Assembly (NCBI GenBank): GCA_951406725.2
Contig: OX597823.1
Coordinates: 34,720,001 to 34,784,000, forward strand
DNA length: 64,000 bases
Reading direction: 5' to 3'
Origin: Octopus vulgaris
Taxonomy: Eukaryota
Shown piece after piece: positions 1 through 12,177 of this stretch; position 1 is the stretch's first letter; every line of letters begins with the position of its first letter. The position numbers and the translations under genes were made by a program. Below the pieces are notes generated by a model that saw only the letters and a program-made list of their open reading frames with translations, was not told the DNA's origin and made no database searches.

Positions 1-102
1 GTTCCACGTCCTTGCGTTGTTGTGTTTTTTTGTTTTCTTGTTTGGATTAACTTTATATATATATATTTATATATATGTGTATGTGTGTGTGTGTGTGTCT
101 CT

Positions 103-259
103 TACACACAGACACACGCACATGTTATTGTAGAGTGAGAAAGAGACAATAAAATAGGGATGAAGAGGGGGTATGATATCTGATAGAGAAAGTGTATATA
201 TATATATATATATACACTTTCTCTATCAGATATCATACACACTTTCTCTATCAGATATC

Positions 260-292
<33 letters not shown>

Positions 293-466
293 TATATATA
301 TATACACACTTTCTCTCTCTTCTGTCTCTGTCTCTGTCTCTCTCTCACACACACACGATGAGACAGGCAGTCATATACATCGCTATATCAGATATCATAC
401 CCCCTCTTGATCCCTATTTTATTGTCTCCTCTCTCGCTCTACAATAACGTGTGCGTTTGTCTGTGT

Positions 467-470
<4 letters not shown>
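103..470. repeat. Inverted-repeat element (~85-bp arms at ~103-187 and ~385-470) embedded in microsatellites
   Basis: GTTATTGTAGAGTGAGAAAGAGACAATAAAATAGGGATGAAGAGGGGGTATGATATCTGATA is mirrored by TATCAGATATCATACCCCCTCTTGATCCCTATTTTATTGTCTCC...CTCTACAATAAC. Internal direct copies of ACACTTTCTCTATCAGATATCATA. Confidence 0.8.
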
Positions 471-542
<72 letters not shown>

Positions 543-1073
543 TATCATTTGGCGTAAAGACAGCGATAGACTGTGTGAAGTGAAATGACTTTCGCGTCGG
601 TCAGAGAGACCACACCCTGATATGGCACCAGAATATGAAAGGCGAGTTCCTTTCCTATCTCACTTTCTGAGATTTTCTGTTTTTTACTTCTTTATTTTTA
701 CTGCCTTTCTTAACATCTGAACTAGTTATTCTTTTACTTGTTTCAGTCATTTGACTGCGACCATGCTGGTGCACCGCGCCTTTAGTCGAACAAATCGACC
801 CCAGGACTAGTTTTTTAAGCCTTGTACTTCTTATATCTGTCTCTTTTTCTAATTTACAGGGACGTAAACACACCAACATCAAGCGATGGTTGGGGGACAG
901 ACACACAAATACATACACTTACACATACACGATGGGCTTCTTTCAGTTTCCATCTACCAAATCCACTCACAAAGCTTTGGTCGGCGCGCAGCTATAGTAG
1001 AAGACACATGGCCAAGGTGTCACGCAGTGGGACTGAACCCGGAACCATGTAGTTGTGAAGCAAGCTTCTTACC

Positions 1074-1291
1074 GAGATGTACTCGCATAGCAAGTAATTT
1101 GATCTGAGATCGTGTGCTGAAACGAAAACAATTGCAGCGTGGAAGGTGTTTATAAGCCATTTAAGAAACACACAAAAGCCGTTCGATTCACTTCAACATT
1201 TAAGTTTAATTTGTCAAAATATTTTCGTCGCTAAAATCCGCGACCTGTTCACTGACAAAAATCCGTGCTGCACATGAAAGTCCAAATCTGT
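1074..1291 (-). mobile_element. 218-bp hammerhead-bearing short retroelement (solo Penelope pLTR / retrozyme-like) with 12-bp TSD
   Basis: Flanked by identical AAGCTTCTTACC at 1062-1073 and 1292-1303. The SINE resumes after the second copy. Contains a hammerhead fold at 1210-1259. Confidence 0.8.
1210..1259 (-). ncRNA. Minimal type I hammerhead ribozyme, G3-C8 core variant
   Basis: Minus strand reads TTTGTCA-GTGAACA-G-GTCGC-GGATTTTA-GCGAC-GAA-AATATT-T-TGACAAA: 7-bp stem I, 5-bp stem II, palindromic stem III, and core GUGAACA instead of CUGANGA. Confidence 0.75.
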
Positions 1292-2336
1292 AAGCTTCTT
1301 ACCATACAACCACTAAGCAATTAGCGATGAGCTCATCCTAAAATAGGCAACGAGTATCAAAATTAGACTGAATTGTTATTATCAGTCCGAATGTGATGCA
1401 CATTCGAACTGGCGAACAGGCTACTCACAGCATTCTGTCATGGAGAAATATACCTCGCTTGTTGACAAATGGTGCGTCAACAAGATCGGCTCGCAACGCC
1501 ATTTACCTAGACTGTGAAATACTAACATTTCGGAGTAATTTATCTCTTCATCGGTCACCTCATCATCCCCTCTGTCTTCGTCTATAAATTGGTGTGATAG
1601 ACTGTCTCACGCATGTCAAACCTTTTTTCACTAGCGCCTTGTTTCTTTTTCAAGCCCTTCCCCTTCCTTACTACGATTCGTGTCGCTCATTTTTTCTTTC
1701 TTTTTTTTTTTTTCAATCTACATATATTAAGGTCTGGCCAGAGTATTTTAATTCCGGGTTGTAGTGTGACGCGGGTAACTGCTTTCCACAGCATCACCCT
1801 ATAAAAAAACGATTACTACAAGCTAAGATGCATTGTATTCAGCTGTTTATTTACGTATTCATCTTGGGCGCATATAAGAGAGAGAGAGGGTGAGCGAGGG
1901 AAAAAGAGAGAGATGACGATGTTTTTATTGCGATTGTAGCTAACAAGCAGTTTATAATATTTTTCTTCGAGTTAATAATTACAATACAAAGACTAAAAGC
2001 TGCAGAGATGTATTTATCGCTCCCTACCGTCCCCTTTGCGCCCAGTACCCAATAAAATTTTCTACCAGCCAGTGGCGTAGCTCAAAGGGAAACAAGGGGA
2101 GCGCTGGCCTTTGAAGAACTTTCTGGAGTCATTACTTTATTCGACCAACCGTTCATGTTTTTGAAGCGGTTTGCTCAATCGTCCGCTGATATCTGAAGAC
2201 CCAAAAACAAACCCTGACCTCATAACCTCTCGACATTAAACGATCCCACGAAGTTTCATATTTTTCACGTCACACCTACTTCGAAGTTTCAGACATACTG
2301 ACATTGTTACTGAGACACAAAGCTAATGGATGAAGG

Positions 2337-2480
2337 CACTAGCGTAACTAGTGAGGCTGGGACGGTCCGCCCCGGGCGGCACTTTTGGATCTGCTCTAGA
2401 CAATATGTGCTTTTTGTGGGGTCCGGGGGCAGCAAACTGGAGGGCCGCCCCGGGTGGCACACACTCTTGCTACGCTAGTG
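2337..2480. mobile_element. 144-bp MITE, hAT-like
   Basis: TIR CACTAGCGTA/TACGCTAGTG; degenerate 8-bp TSD GATGAAGG/GATTAAGT; GC-rich subterminal CCGCCC(C)GGG motifs. Confidence 0.6.
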
Positions 2481-4714
2481 GATTAAGTATATAATTACAT
2501 ATTTGAAATATTTCGTGTAATATTAGAGAAAAGAGTAAAAAAATTGTTGGGTATGTGTCGCAGTGCCTTTTTTCATATGTTCGCTCACTCTAACTTTAGA
2601 ACCTGGTTACGCTACAGCTACAAACCCCTTCCCGGAGTAAGGGACAGTACTTCATCCTTTGAGAAGCACAAGTCCAAAATATAGTACAAAAAATGTAGGA
2701 AATTGAAGGAATTTTTTTTTTTCATAGAATAACAAGGACAGATTACAGATATATTTTTATTATCACACAAAAAATATATACCTCTTCCGATCTTATTGGT
2801 TAAATAATGTAATAACAGAACTCATTGTTAAATATTATCTGGTTTATTGCCTTCTATACATGAGTATCATATTTTCCTGGCTTCCCTATTTGGCATTCAA
2901 GAATGATTTAATTCGTCCACCTGATTTACGAAGTTTTATCATTTCTGTTCTCAAGTTCAAGTGACAGTAGAGACAACTCTACTGAACTGTACCCCTGATG
3001 GGGACTATTATTTGCAAGAACCTATTTGTTAAATTGACGCTGGCAGTACACAGTATTAGGTAAGTTGCGCATGAAGGTGAGAATGGCTACATTAAAATTT
3101 ACGTAAATTTCCATATCTTTTATCACCCGTAAAATATTCATTTACATATGTAGAATTATTTGAATAAAATAACATACATGAGATAGTGAATGTAACGGTT
3201 AAAAAGTCTTTGCATAAAATATTTTAGTTGTTTATATGAAAACAGTCTATGGTTATCAATGACAGAATAAGAAGAAAAAAATGAGAACACCTATCACAAA
3301 CGTGACCGACAGAGTTCTGTATAGTACTTGAGGTTGTTCTGTTTGGGAATTCAGTATTCTAGCTTTTTATAACACTAGGTCAAACTTCTAGACCCTTCAG
3401 TAGAACTATTCTCTGGGAAAATTCACAAAACTTACTTCCAAGTCAACCACTTATTTAGTTACACAACAGCCGATCTGAAAGGTTGAACCATGTACACTTA
3501 GGTGTTGATGCTTTTTACAGAAACATAACTAATTTCCAGAAGTTAGTCTTGCCTTTTATGGCAATTTAGTTGGGACGTGATCCTAAACTGGAGAATCTAA
3601 ACGATATGGTTTAAAACTCGACAGAAACTTCGCTTCACCGATTTTTCTAATACCTTTTCAACCTCGCTCAATCACTAGAACTTGAACTGTTACAACTTAT
3701 TCTTCAAACAATACTTTCAAATGGTTTTATGAGATGGCCATATTGATGTTTATACTTAAGTAAGATGAAGCAACTACTGAATATATGACTAACTCTTAGC
3801 AGTGGAGGGCCTCAGCAGATGCAATTAACTTATGTTAATGCTTACGAAACCTAAGATATGAAAGTTACAATTTATCTGAAAAGGATTCAAAACAGTAAGA
3901 GCATTTTCAGCATCCGTTTCCTCCACTAAGTTCAAGTCTCTCATTGATATGGTGCCAAATAGCAGCAACAGGAAAGTCATCAAGAAACATATTTTTTAAA
4001 TTCCGATTTTCATTCTCATATAACCGATGCTTCTAAGTACTTTATTGAAAAACCACTTTATAAGCAACTAAGAAATCGTTATATTTAGATTTTGCCTCCT
4101 CACTAAGTTTTAAATTACTCTAAATCAAAACAGAAATATCTCGGATAGATAATTATTCAGCTGCTGCCCTGAAGCAGACTTCAAATCTATCTAGTATTAA
4201 TAGCAACAGGTCCATCAACCATAATATTTTAGAAGATCTTTAATGATATTTTTATCGCTGTCTTTCTCATTCGGTTCTCTCAATGGTATGCAATATCTAA
4301 ACATCACTTACGAGAGTGTAGAACAGATTGTAAGTCTAGTCTAGGCCATTTCTTTCTTACGGACAGCATTACAGGACATAACCATGCATGGTCTATTGTG
4401 AAGGTCTCTATAGGTTGTCCTTGATCATATGTGCCTGGTAAGTTCCTCACCAGAGCGCTTGTCTGGACAGGATTTATGGAAAACCACCAATTGCCCATAC
4501 ATGCAAATTCCACTCCACCTCTCTCCATGCAACCAATTATGTTCAAGGGAAAAGCAACAGCCAATAGAACTTGCCACCAGTGACGTTCCATGAAGTGCCA
4601 CGAGAATGTAAACAACTGGAGTGGCTATCGAATCCAGAACGGTGGCGAAGCAACCTTTTACAGCCATACACACATACAACATATATATGCAATCATAATC
4701 ATACATACCGATGT

Positions 4715-4818
<104 letters not shown>

Positions 4819-4959
4819 AATCAGTAAGTTGTCATAATAATACTCAGAGATTCAAATACCGGAGCTAGAAACTTCTAGGCATTTTTCATCATGTATAAAA
4901 TAGAAAATTACTGTTTGTAAATATCTCAACGAGAGACATTCAGTAACAGTACTCTAAAG

Positions 4960-5128
4960 TAAAGATTATTTGGCAACATAACGTGGCAGTCTTGGCTAGG
5001 ACGAATGCTACTGCTATTTAACCGCAAGAAACATCGTCAGCCAACTGGAGATGATGTTTCCTCGGGCTAAATAGCAGTAGCATTCGTCCTAACCAGGGCT
5101 ACCACGTTATGTTGGCAAATAATCTTTG
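4960..5128. repeat. ~75-bp-arm fold-back of a dispersed repeat (single arm also at ~28424-28515)
   Basis: AAAGATTATTTGGCAACATAACGTGGCAGTCTTGGCTAGGACGAATGCTACTGCTATTTA... is inverted by ...TAAATAGCAGTAGCATTCGTCCTAACCAGGGCTACCACGTTATGTTGGCAAATAATCTTT. Confidence 0.85.
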
Positions 5129-6093
5129 CTATATATATATTTATAGACACACACACACACACACCTACACACACACGAACAAGGCTGTAGATGATATCCT
5201 TTACCCGAATTTGTATACTTATTTAATCATTTTTACCAAATTTATTTACCCCCAGAATGTTTAAATTTTGAACTCTCATCCGTCATTTCATATAACGATT
5301 GGAACCGTTCGTTTTGGAAGCCCTTACCTTGGATTTTTGTTCTTTATTTGTCACTTCTCCTCTCGGTACCTGAATCCAACGTACATGATGCAGAGTTTTT
5401 ACATATAACTTTTACATGTACTTAATTTATCGACCCTGGAAGAATGAAAGGCAAAATCGACTTCGGCGGAATTTGAACTCAGAACGTAAAGACGTAAAGA
5501 CGTTCTGAGTTCAAATTCAGTTTCTGCCAGTACGCCGCCTTGTACAGAGCATGATATTAAATAATAAATGAACGACTCAAAAACAGGAATAACATAATGA
5601 CTTTAATTACCTTACAGCTGTTTCTGTTTAAGGAAATGCGCGCAAAGAACTGAATACCAGCGCAACATATTACAGCTTCTTGAGAGCCACTGGTTCTGAG
5701 GAAGCCATAAGATAGCACAATGAGTATTTCTGTAATCAAAAACTATTTCGTTTTTGTATTTGGCTTGCAAAATTCTGGATGTGAGCTTGTGTGTTGAAAC
5801 ATTTCTTGTTGCATGTTGGAAGGGCCAGTATGCCAATAATAAACACACGCACCGGTTCTATTTTTCGTCTTTATTACTTGTTAGTCAGTTGGTTAACTAT
5901 TTAACCAATTAACTAATCGATTGTTTGATTAATCGTTCTGTTATTCAATCAGTTAAAGTTCTTTCGTCACCATTTGCGACCTCGTCAATGACATGCTCTC
6001 TCAACACCAGGTCAGTTTTTGGTCTGCCTATCTCTTAGCTTCAAGGTTCTATATATTAATAGTTGTATGGATGTGAGTGAGAGAGAGAGGGAA

Positions 6094-6138
<45 letters not shown>

Positions 6139-6374
6139 CGCTTTCATATGTGTGTACGCTTTTATGTTTGTGTGAGTGTCTATGTGTATCTATGTGTGTG
6201 TATGCGCGCACGGATACGCATTTGTGTGGCGTAGTTGTGAGTAAATGTGCTAAAGGGGTATGTGTATGTGTGTGTGCGCGCGCTTTCGTATTTGTGTATG
6301 GTGTGGATTTTGTGGACGGTAAAATGTTTATATTTTCATCTATTTTATAGTTAATGCTTCTTTCTTTTTTATTA

Positions 6375-6430
<56 letters not shown>

Positions 6431-6698
6431 AAAGTCTTTGTCCATGTCATTCATATTCTATTATTTAAACGTCAAATGTTAAAATTAAACACAAATAAAC
6501 GAAAAGTTAGAAAGTAACCCGCCACCTCACCCCCAAAAAAGAAAACCGTTCAAGAAAAACCGGTCCCAAGTTACGTAAGCGACCTGCTCTCAATGAAGTG
6601 AATAGTTGCAGGGTTCGAGTGTTGAGCTAAAAAACATTATTTAAGAGACATAAGACGTATCAGTCTGCCTCGTGGTCAAAGTGGAGAAGACGTTGCCC

Positions 6699-7226
6699 CG
6701 GACGCAACATGTTTTTTTTTTCCACTAGAGTTCCGGACCCCAGTTATGAACTCATTTGCATACAGCCAATCAGAGCTCAACTAGCAAACTAATTTATGAG
6801 TGCATAACAAGTGATGGGTGATAAGATAAGGTCACTTGGGCAAGGAATGACCATGGTTCTTTTCTCTTTTAAGAATGCTTGTTGTTCTTGTTCTTGTTTC
6901 AACCGTGGCTGTCTCTCGTAGTTATTTGTTATTTATTTTGAAAAACCGTAAGGGGAGAGGGTTGCAAGCACATCACCCTCTGCCCATATTTCCCTATCCA
7001 CATCTTTACCATAAGGGGCCCCTAACAAAATCCAATAATTGGTATAAAATCAGGCATAACATGGTGGCGATTGGTCGTCTTACAACACCGTTCTTCGTCT
7101 TGAGTTTACTTGGTAGAGTGTGTTTGTTAACTTGACAACAAAGTCAAGGTGATCTTTGATTGGCTGTATGCAAATGAGTTCATTGCCGGGATCCGGAACT
7201 CTCGTGGAAAAACATTTAGCGTCCCG
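6699..7226. mobile_element. MITE-like element with ~75-bp inverted arms containing octamer (ATTTGCAT) and CCAAT motifs
   Basis: TTCCACTAGAGTTCCGGACCCC...TGAACTCATTTGCATACAGCCAATCA is mirrored by TGATTGGCTGTATGCAAATGAGTTCA...GGGATCCGGAACTCTCGTGGAA. Confidence 0.7.
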
Positions 7227-7605
7227 AAAATTTGAGAATAAGATGCACTTGAACAGCCACTCCAACACACGGGGCTCGCACTTGCAGATTAGCCATCTCT
7301 GCTCTGAAAGCAGTGAGCAGGGATGTGGCCCGGGGTCCAAGAACGCCGGGGTCCTCACCGCCTGGATTAGAAGCTTTCTACAAGATACTGTCTATTGCAG
7401 AACAGCATTTCCTCTGACTACATGACACTGTCAAGTCTAGTATGTCTTAAAGAACACTTAGCTACTTCCTTCTACATTCGAGTTTTCTTGACAACACAGG
7501 CACGTTGGTTGTGTGGTTTAGCACTGCGTAGCAGCACTTTGGGCAAGTGTCTTCTACTGTAGCTCTGGGCCAACCAGCGCCCTATGAGTTAACTTGACAG
7601 ACGGA

Positions 7606-7688
<83 letters not shown>

Positions 7689-8053
7689 TGTGTGTGCGTA
7701 CGTGTGTATGTGTGTGTGTGTCTTTGTGATTGTTCGAATATACCATTCAAGCCAAGGGAGACCCAACCAACCAGTGACGATCGTTCCGTGCCTCTCACGC
7801 GCTCTTTCAATGCTTCTCACTTGTAAGACATTTTGAAACGACAAACGGGTGCCTAACAAACATTCAACTCTTCCAAAACAGCCACAACACAAAATAAAGG
7901 TGGGCCTATCCACTCTCACCCCGACAATTACACCTTTCTAGTTCTCACACCATAGAAATAGAGATAAAACACTCTCGGGTAAGATCTCATGCTGCTCCTT
8001 CGACCCCAAACTTTCCATACACATAGGCTGCAATTCGTAACCTAAAAATGCTT

Positions 8054-8393
8054 GGTACCTTTTTGTTATCTCACCCCATAAAAAAAAAATAGGTCATTTC
8101 TCCCTACTAAAAAAATTGCTTAACCCTCAATAAAACAAAAAAAAAATGAAAAAATGAATAAACGTGAAAAGTGAAAAGATTAATCATCTTATTGAATCTG
8201 ATAACATTTTTATAACAAATCCTACCATTCCTATTGAGGGGGCCAAACGTCAACAATGTGTTGAAGTATTGAATCAAAAGGATCTCTTTTGATCCAATCT
8301 CTTGTCGCCATGTTAACTCAACTTTTTAATGGGGAGAAAACCCAATATTTTAATGGCAATTTTTTAATGGGGGTGAGATAACCAAAAAGTACC
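8054..8393. mobile_element. 340-bp Merlin-like MITE
   Basis: TIRs GGTACCTTTTTGTTATCTCACCCC / GGGGTGAGATAACCAAAAAGTACC. Perfect 8-bp TSD AAATGCTT (8046-8053, 8394-8401). GG termini with an 8-bp TSD fit the Merlin superfamily. Confidence 0.75.
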
Positions 8394-8468
8394 AAATGCT
8401 TCACACAGAAACATATATTTATCCTTTACTTATTTTAGAATGTGGGGTGTATGTGTGTGTGTGTGTGA

Positions 8469-8511
<43 letters not shown>

Positions 8512-8929
8512 TTGGAAATTGTATAATTGTAATTGTGTATGTGTTTCTAAACAGTTGCTTCATTAATTACTTTTCTCATTTCTCAAATTTTCCAATAACA
8601 ACATTCGGACATGTCTTCGAGAGAATGTTTATGCGGTCGTTTGGTTAGCTAGAAACAGCAACAAAATCTCCCTCAAATAAACTGTACAGTCATAGTGCTT
8701 AAAATATATGAAAAAGTGTATTAAACCATAGACACACCGTCTGAATAAAATCCAGGATAGTCCTCAAGTAAAATACATAACTCTACGCGAACATCATCAT
8801 CAGCAACAAAACAGAGGCAATATCTACAGAGGAGTGGGTTTAAAGAATGCTGGAGGTCAGTTAAAAGCCTCTGTTTCGTACTTTGCTGAAGACACTGAGC
8901 TGGATTTATTTAATTTCACATCCCTCCTG

Positions 8930-9100
8930 GACGGAACGCCAATCACTCACAGGGTTACTCATTTAAAGCTGAGCGTTTTGGAGCGACGTGAAATGAAGCG
9001 TTTTGCTCAAGAACACAAGGCATTGCCCGGTCTGGGAATCGAAATCACGATCTTGCGATACGTGAATGGAACACCCTGACCACAAGGCCACGTACCTTCA
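8930..9100 (-). mobile_element. tRNA-derived SINE, family C (Meta/MESC-like core); related copies at ~37330-37650 and ~44950-45440
   Basis: Shared GGAGC.ACGTGAAAT.AAG...TTGCTCAAGAACACAA...GGGAATCGAA. B-box TTCGATTCCC on minus. The Meta/MESC assignment is from recalled consensus and was not verified. Confidence 0.65.
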
Positions 9101-10040
9101 CTTAAATATCCGGCTTTCATTAATCTATGGTGCAATTATTCGTGTGAGGGATGAGGAGAGAGACGAGGAAAGAGGGGAAGGCAGAGCTCGATCTCGCCAC
9201 AGGAGAGGAAGGAGAGAGGAGGAGAAAGGGGGAGAGGGGTGACAGAATGCGACCATGGCAGGTTTAAGCGAAATAAACATGAAAACAAAATCTTAGGGAC
9301 CTTCGTTGGGGTGTATAAGAGGAGGTGTCAGCAGGTAGATTGGTGCGAAGGATGGGAACAGAAAGCTAGGGGAGGGTCCATGGACATCTGACGGGTGCCT
9401 CTAGAAGCGTAGCTAAGAGATGAAGAGGGTTCCGCGCTCAAGCGATACTTTTATGAGGGAGGCAATTTTGGGTTTATTGCATAAGTCTGTATATACATAT
9501 ACACATACACCGAAAAAACACAAAACACAGACCTACGCACAGCTGTCTACGTCACAAAATAGCTTTCTACGTCACACTAAGATAATGCACTTAATTATTT
9601 CAAATGAAAACAAACAATACGATTGGTTAAAATTCGCAGATTTAATCTACGTTTAAAGTTATAAAATACATTTTTCTCAAATAAACAAGTTGAAATTAGT
9701 GTTTTCTTTTGAGACACTCTACCAGTATACGAAGTTTCAAATTATTTAGTTAACTAGAAAAATCTGACAATCAGGCCTTGAAAAGGAAAAGATCCAAGGG
9801 GGATAGTTTTCTTTCGAAGACTCCTGAGGTATCCTATATTCGAGTAAGTAATGACGGAACGTCTACTGCAGGGTGCGAACGCAGCACATTCTACAGAACG
9901 GTTGCGTATTTCGTTATCCGAGCAGCCACTTCGTTTCGATAAGGAATTTTAATTACTGAGATATTACTAACATATCTATTTAGGACAATGGCCTCTGTGT
10001 GAGACCCCTCTCTCCCTCTGAATTGTGAATGACTGAACAG

Positions 10041-10099
10041 ATAACAAGGCCGGCAAAATGAAGTGAAGGGTGTTCACTTCATTTTGCCGGCCTTGTTAT
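10041..10099. repeat. Perfect 27-bp-stem palindrome with a 5-nt loop
   Basis: ATAACAAGGCCGGCAAAATGAAGTGAA-GGGTG-TTCACTTCATTTTGCCGGCCTTGTTAT. Confidence 0.95.
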
Positions 10100-10165
10100 T
10101 TGTTTTGGTTACGTGTGTGTGTATTTATATATTCATTTCTATACATACATATATGCATGCATATT

Positions 10166-10201
<36 letters not shown>

Positions 10202-10206
<5 letters not shown>

Positions 10207-10922
10207 GCTGCGATGGGTAATTTTTACATTTTTAATTTCTCGCATGCGCCTTTTTTGTTTTTTATTTTGTCTACTACACAGTATGGTAGGATCTGTTGGG
10301 CACCGTCTGTGAGAAAAACAGCACCATGACGCAATTCACTCTGCCAGAAATTTAGAAACGATATGCTATACTACTTTGCATTCACGCCGGAAGCTCCAAT
10401 ACAAACATTTCACAGTGTTTGGGTGTCAATCTAAAGACAGAGCAATCTGAGGACCTGTACCGAGAGAGATAAAAATCAAACATCCAGTCAATATCGTGGT
10501 GTTTGGAGTGATCACTAGTGATGGAGACGTTATGCCTCTATTCCTCTTACCACACGGCCTCAGACTCAACGCGAAGGCCTACTTCAAGGGGTAGTGCTGC
10601 CCCGGGTCAAGAGGGTGACTGCTGGAAGACTCTATGTCTAGCAACACGACTCCGCCCTATGCCACACAAGCAGGAGAACCCAGTCATGGCTGTCAGATAA
10701 TTTTTGCGACCACATCACTCCTAACATCTGGCCACCTAACTCCCCAAACTGCAACCCCCTTGATTATTATATGTGTGGCGCAGTTGAGCGAGAGACCAAA
10801 CAAAACTCCTTGTAACACACCTAAGATAGACAGAAGGCAAGGATTACGACAGCATTCACCAACCTAAACAAGGAGACCGTCCACAAGAGTTGCAGTAGAC
10901 TCCGAAGTGGTCTGGAGGCCGT
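10202..10922 (+). mobile_element. Decayed, internally deleted Tc1/mariner DD37D (maT-type) transposon, truncated by the gap
   Basis: Translates KHPVNIVVFGVITSDGDVMP...*QHDSALCHTSRRTQSWLSDNFCDHITPNIWPPNSPNCNPLDY, with 37 residues between the last two Asp. A related terminus lies at ~59340-59450 (minus). Confidence 0.85.
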
Positions 10923-11022
10923 NNNNNNNNNNNNNNNNNNNNNNNNNNNNNNNNNNNNNNNNNNNNNNNNNNNNNNNNNNNNNNNNNNNNNNNNNNNNNN
11001 NNNNNNNNNNNNNNNNNNNNNN
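10923..11022. other. Assembly gap (100 N)
   Basis: Run of N. The flanks belong to unrelated elements (DNA transposase on the left, LINE ORF2 on the right). Confidence 1.
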
Positions 11023-12099
11023 GACATGCGCTGAGGTTAAGACATCTGTGGCTCTACCTGGATGGTGAACGGGTGTGGTCTCCGTTAGCAAAACTGATGT
11101 TTCCCAAGTTCACTAGTTTCGGTGGATGGGAAACCTGGCTGAATCGTAGATCGAAACTGGTACATGGTACACGGAGTGTCGCAAGGCTCTCCTGCTATTC
11201 CGTCGCTCGGGCAACGCCTGCGGTGGGGGTTCCACCACATTCTTCTATAGAGGGTTGGTAGAGGCGGAATGTGAAGACACCTTGGGGAAACCCTGGGTCT
11301 CGACGATAATCAGCTGGCCAGTCTGTTCCGACGTACGTTCGAGCCGAAGACACTGGACAACTTCCAGAAGTCTCTGGCATGGCAATGCTACAGAGGAGCT
11401 CTACCTGTTCGGGATAAACTCGCAAGGCACGGTGGCCAAGACAGTCCGATATGTCCAAGATGCGGGCGGGATAGGGAAACCGTCCCGCACGCTATTGTTC
11501 ATTGTTCGGACGTGTCTGAGGTGTGGGTTTATGCCGAACAGCTGTTGTCAAGCACACGAAGAGTACAGCTGTCGACTGAGTCGATTAAAAAAATTGACCC
11601 ACCAGATTTCCTCGCGAAAGAAGGTAAGTTTGTTTTCTCGTTGTGGTAGCAATTGCGAAAGAGGTGATATGGAAGACGAGAATGAAAGGTATACAGTCAG
11701 GCAAGTTCATATCCGGCCCTGGTTTGATGAATTACTTCATCTACCACCTGAAAAGGAAGATAGGGCTGGAGAGAAATGCCTGACTAGGAGAGTGTATGAA
11801 GAACGATGGAAGGATGTAGCACGGAAGTTGAGAATGAAATGACACCACATAAATGTAGATCAAAACGAAACCAAAAGTATCAGTGGTGAGGCGGGGCTCG
11901 TGGGGTCCGAGCTGAACCCGCCCCACTCCACCTGTAGTGTCTTCCGGTCTTTTCCTCATTCGATTTTTTAATTTTTGCAATTTTTGTAATTTTTGAAATT
12001 TTTAAACTCGATTTTTTGTAAAACCCATTCGTGAATCTGACCCCACATCAGGTTGTATTGTCCTCTTATGTTCGCCCCTTGTGGGTAATAATAAAACAC
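11023..12099 (+). mobile_element. 3' end of a Tx1/L1-clade non-LTR retrotransposon (ORF2 C-terminal zf-RVT domain plus 3'UTR)
   Basis: A frame missed by the ORF track reads LAWQCYRGALPVRDKLARHGGQDSPICPRCGRDRETVPHAIVHCSDVSEVW, the zf-RVT CCHC motif of L1/Tx1. The 3'UTR has a GCGGG-GCTCG..CGAGC..CCCGC hairpin and ends in TTGTATTGTCCTCTTATGTTCGCCCCTTGTGGGTAATAATAAAA. Confidence 0.88.
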
Positions 12100-12113
12100 C
12101 CGATAGACGTTAC

Positions 12114-12161
12114 CGATTGTATTGTCCCCTCTATGTGGCCCCTAGTGGGTAATAAAGAAAT
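12114..12161 (+). mobile_element. 48-bp, extremely 5'-truncated retrocopy (3' tail only)
   Basis: CGATTGTATTGTCCCCTCTATGTGGCCCCTAGTGGGTAATAAAGAAAT, flanked by CCGATAGACGTTAC (12100-12113) and CCGATAGGACGTTAC (from 12162). Confidence 0.8.
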
Positions 12162-12177
12162 CCGATAGGACGTTACT

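Larger units (their letters stand above)
735..1312 (-). mobile_element. tRNA-derived SINE (family A), interrupted by the 1074-1291 insertion
   Basis: B-box-like GGTTCAGTCCC on minus. Body matches the copies at 39082-39498 and 49385-49772 (CTACCAAATCCACTCACAA.GCTTTGG...ATAGTAGAAGACAC). Confidence 0.85.

Noticed and set aside
11255-11842. 195-aa ORF as a host gene
   Set aside because: Mostly an off-frame reading of the Tx1-like ORF2. The zf-RVT motif lies in another frame.
12054-12177. CRISPR-like repeat-spacer appearance of the repeated tail and target words
   Set aside because: Eukaryotic context, no cas genes, and 'spacers' of 48 bp to 1.8 kb. Better explained as retroelement 3' tails plus TSDs.
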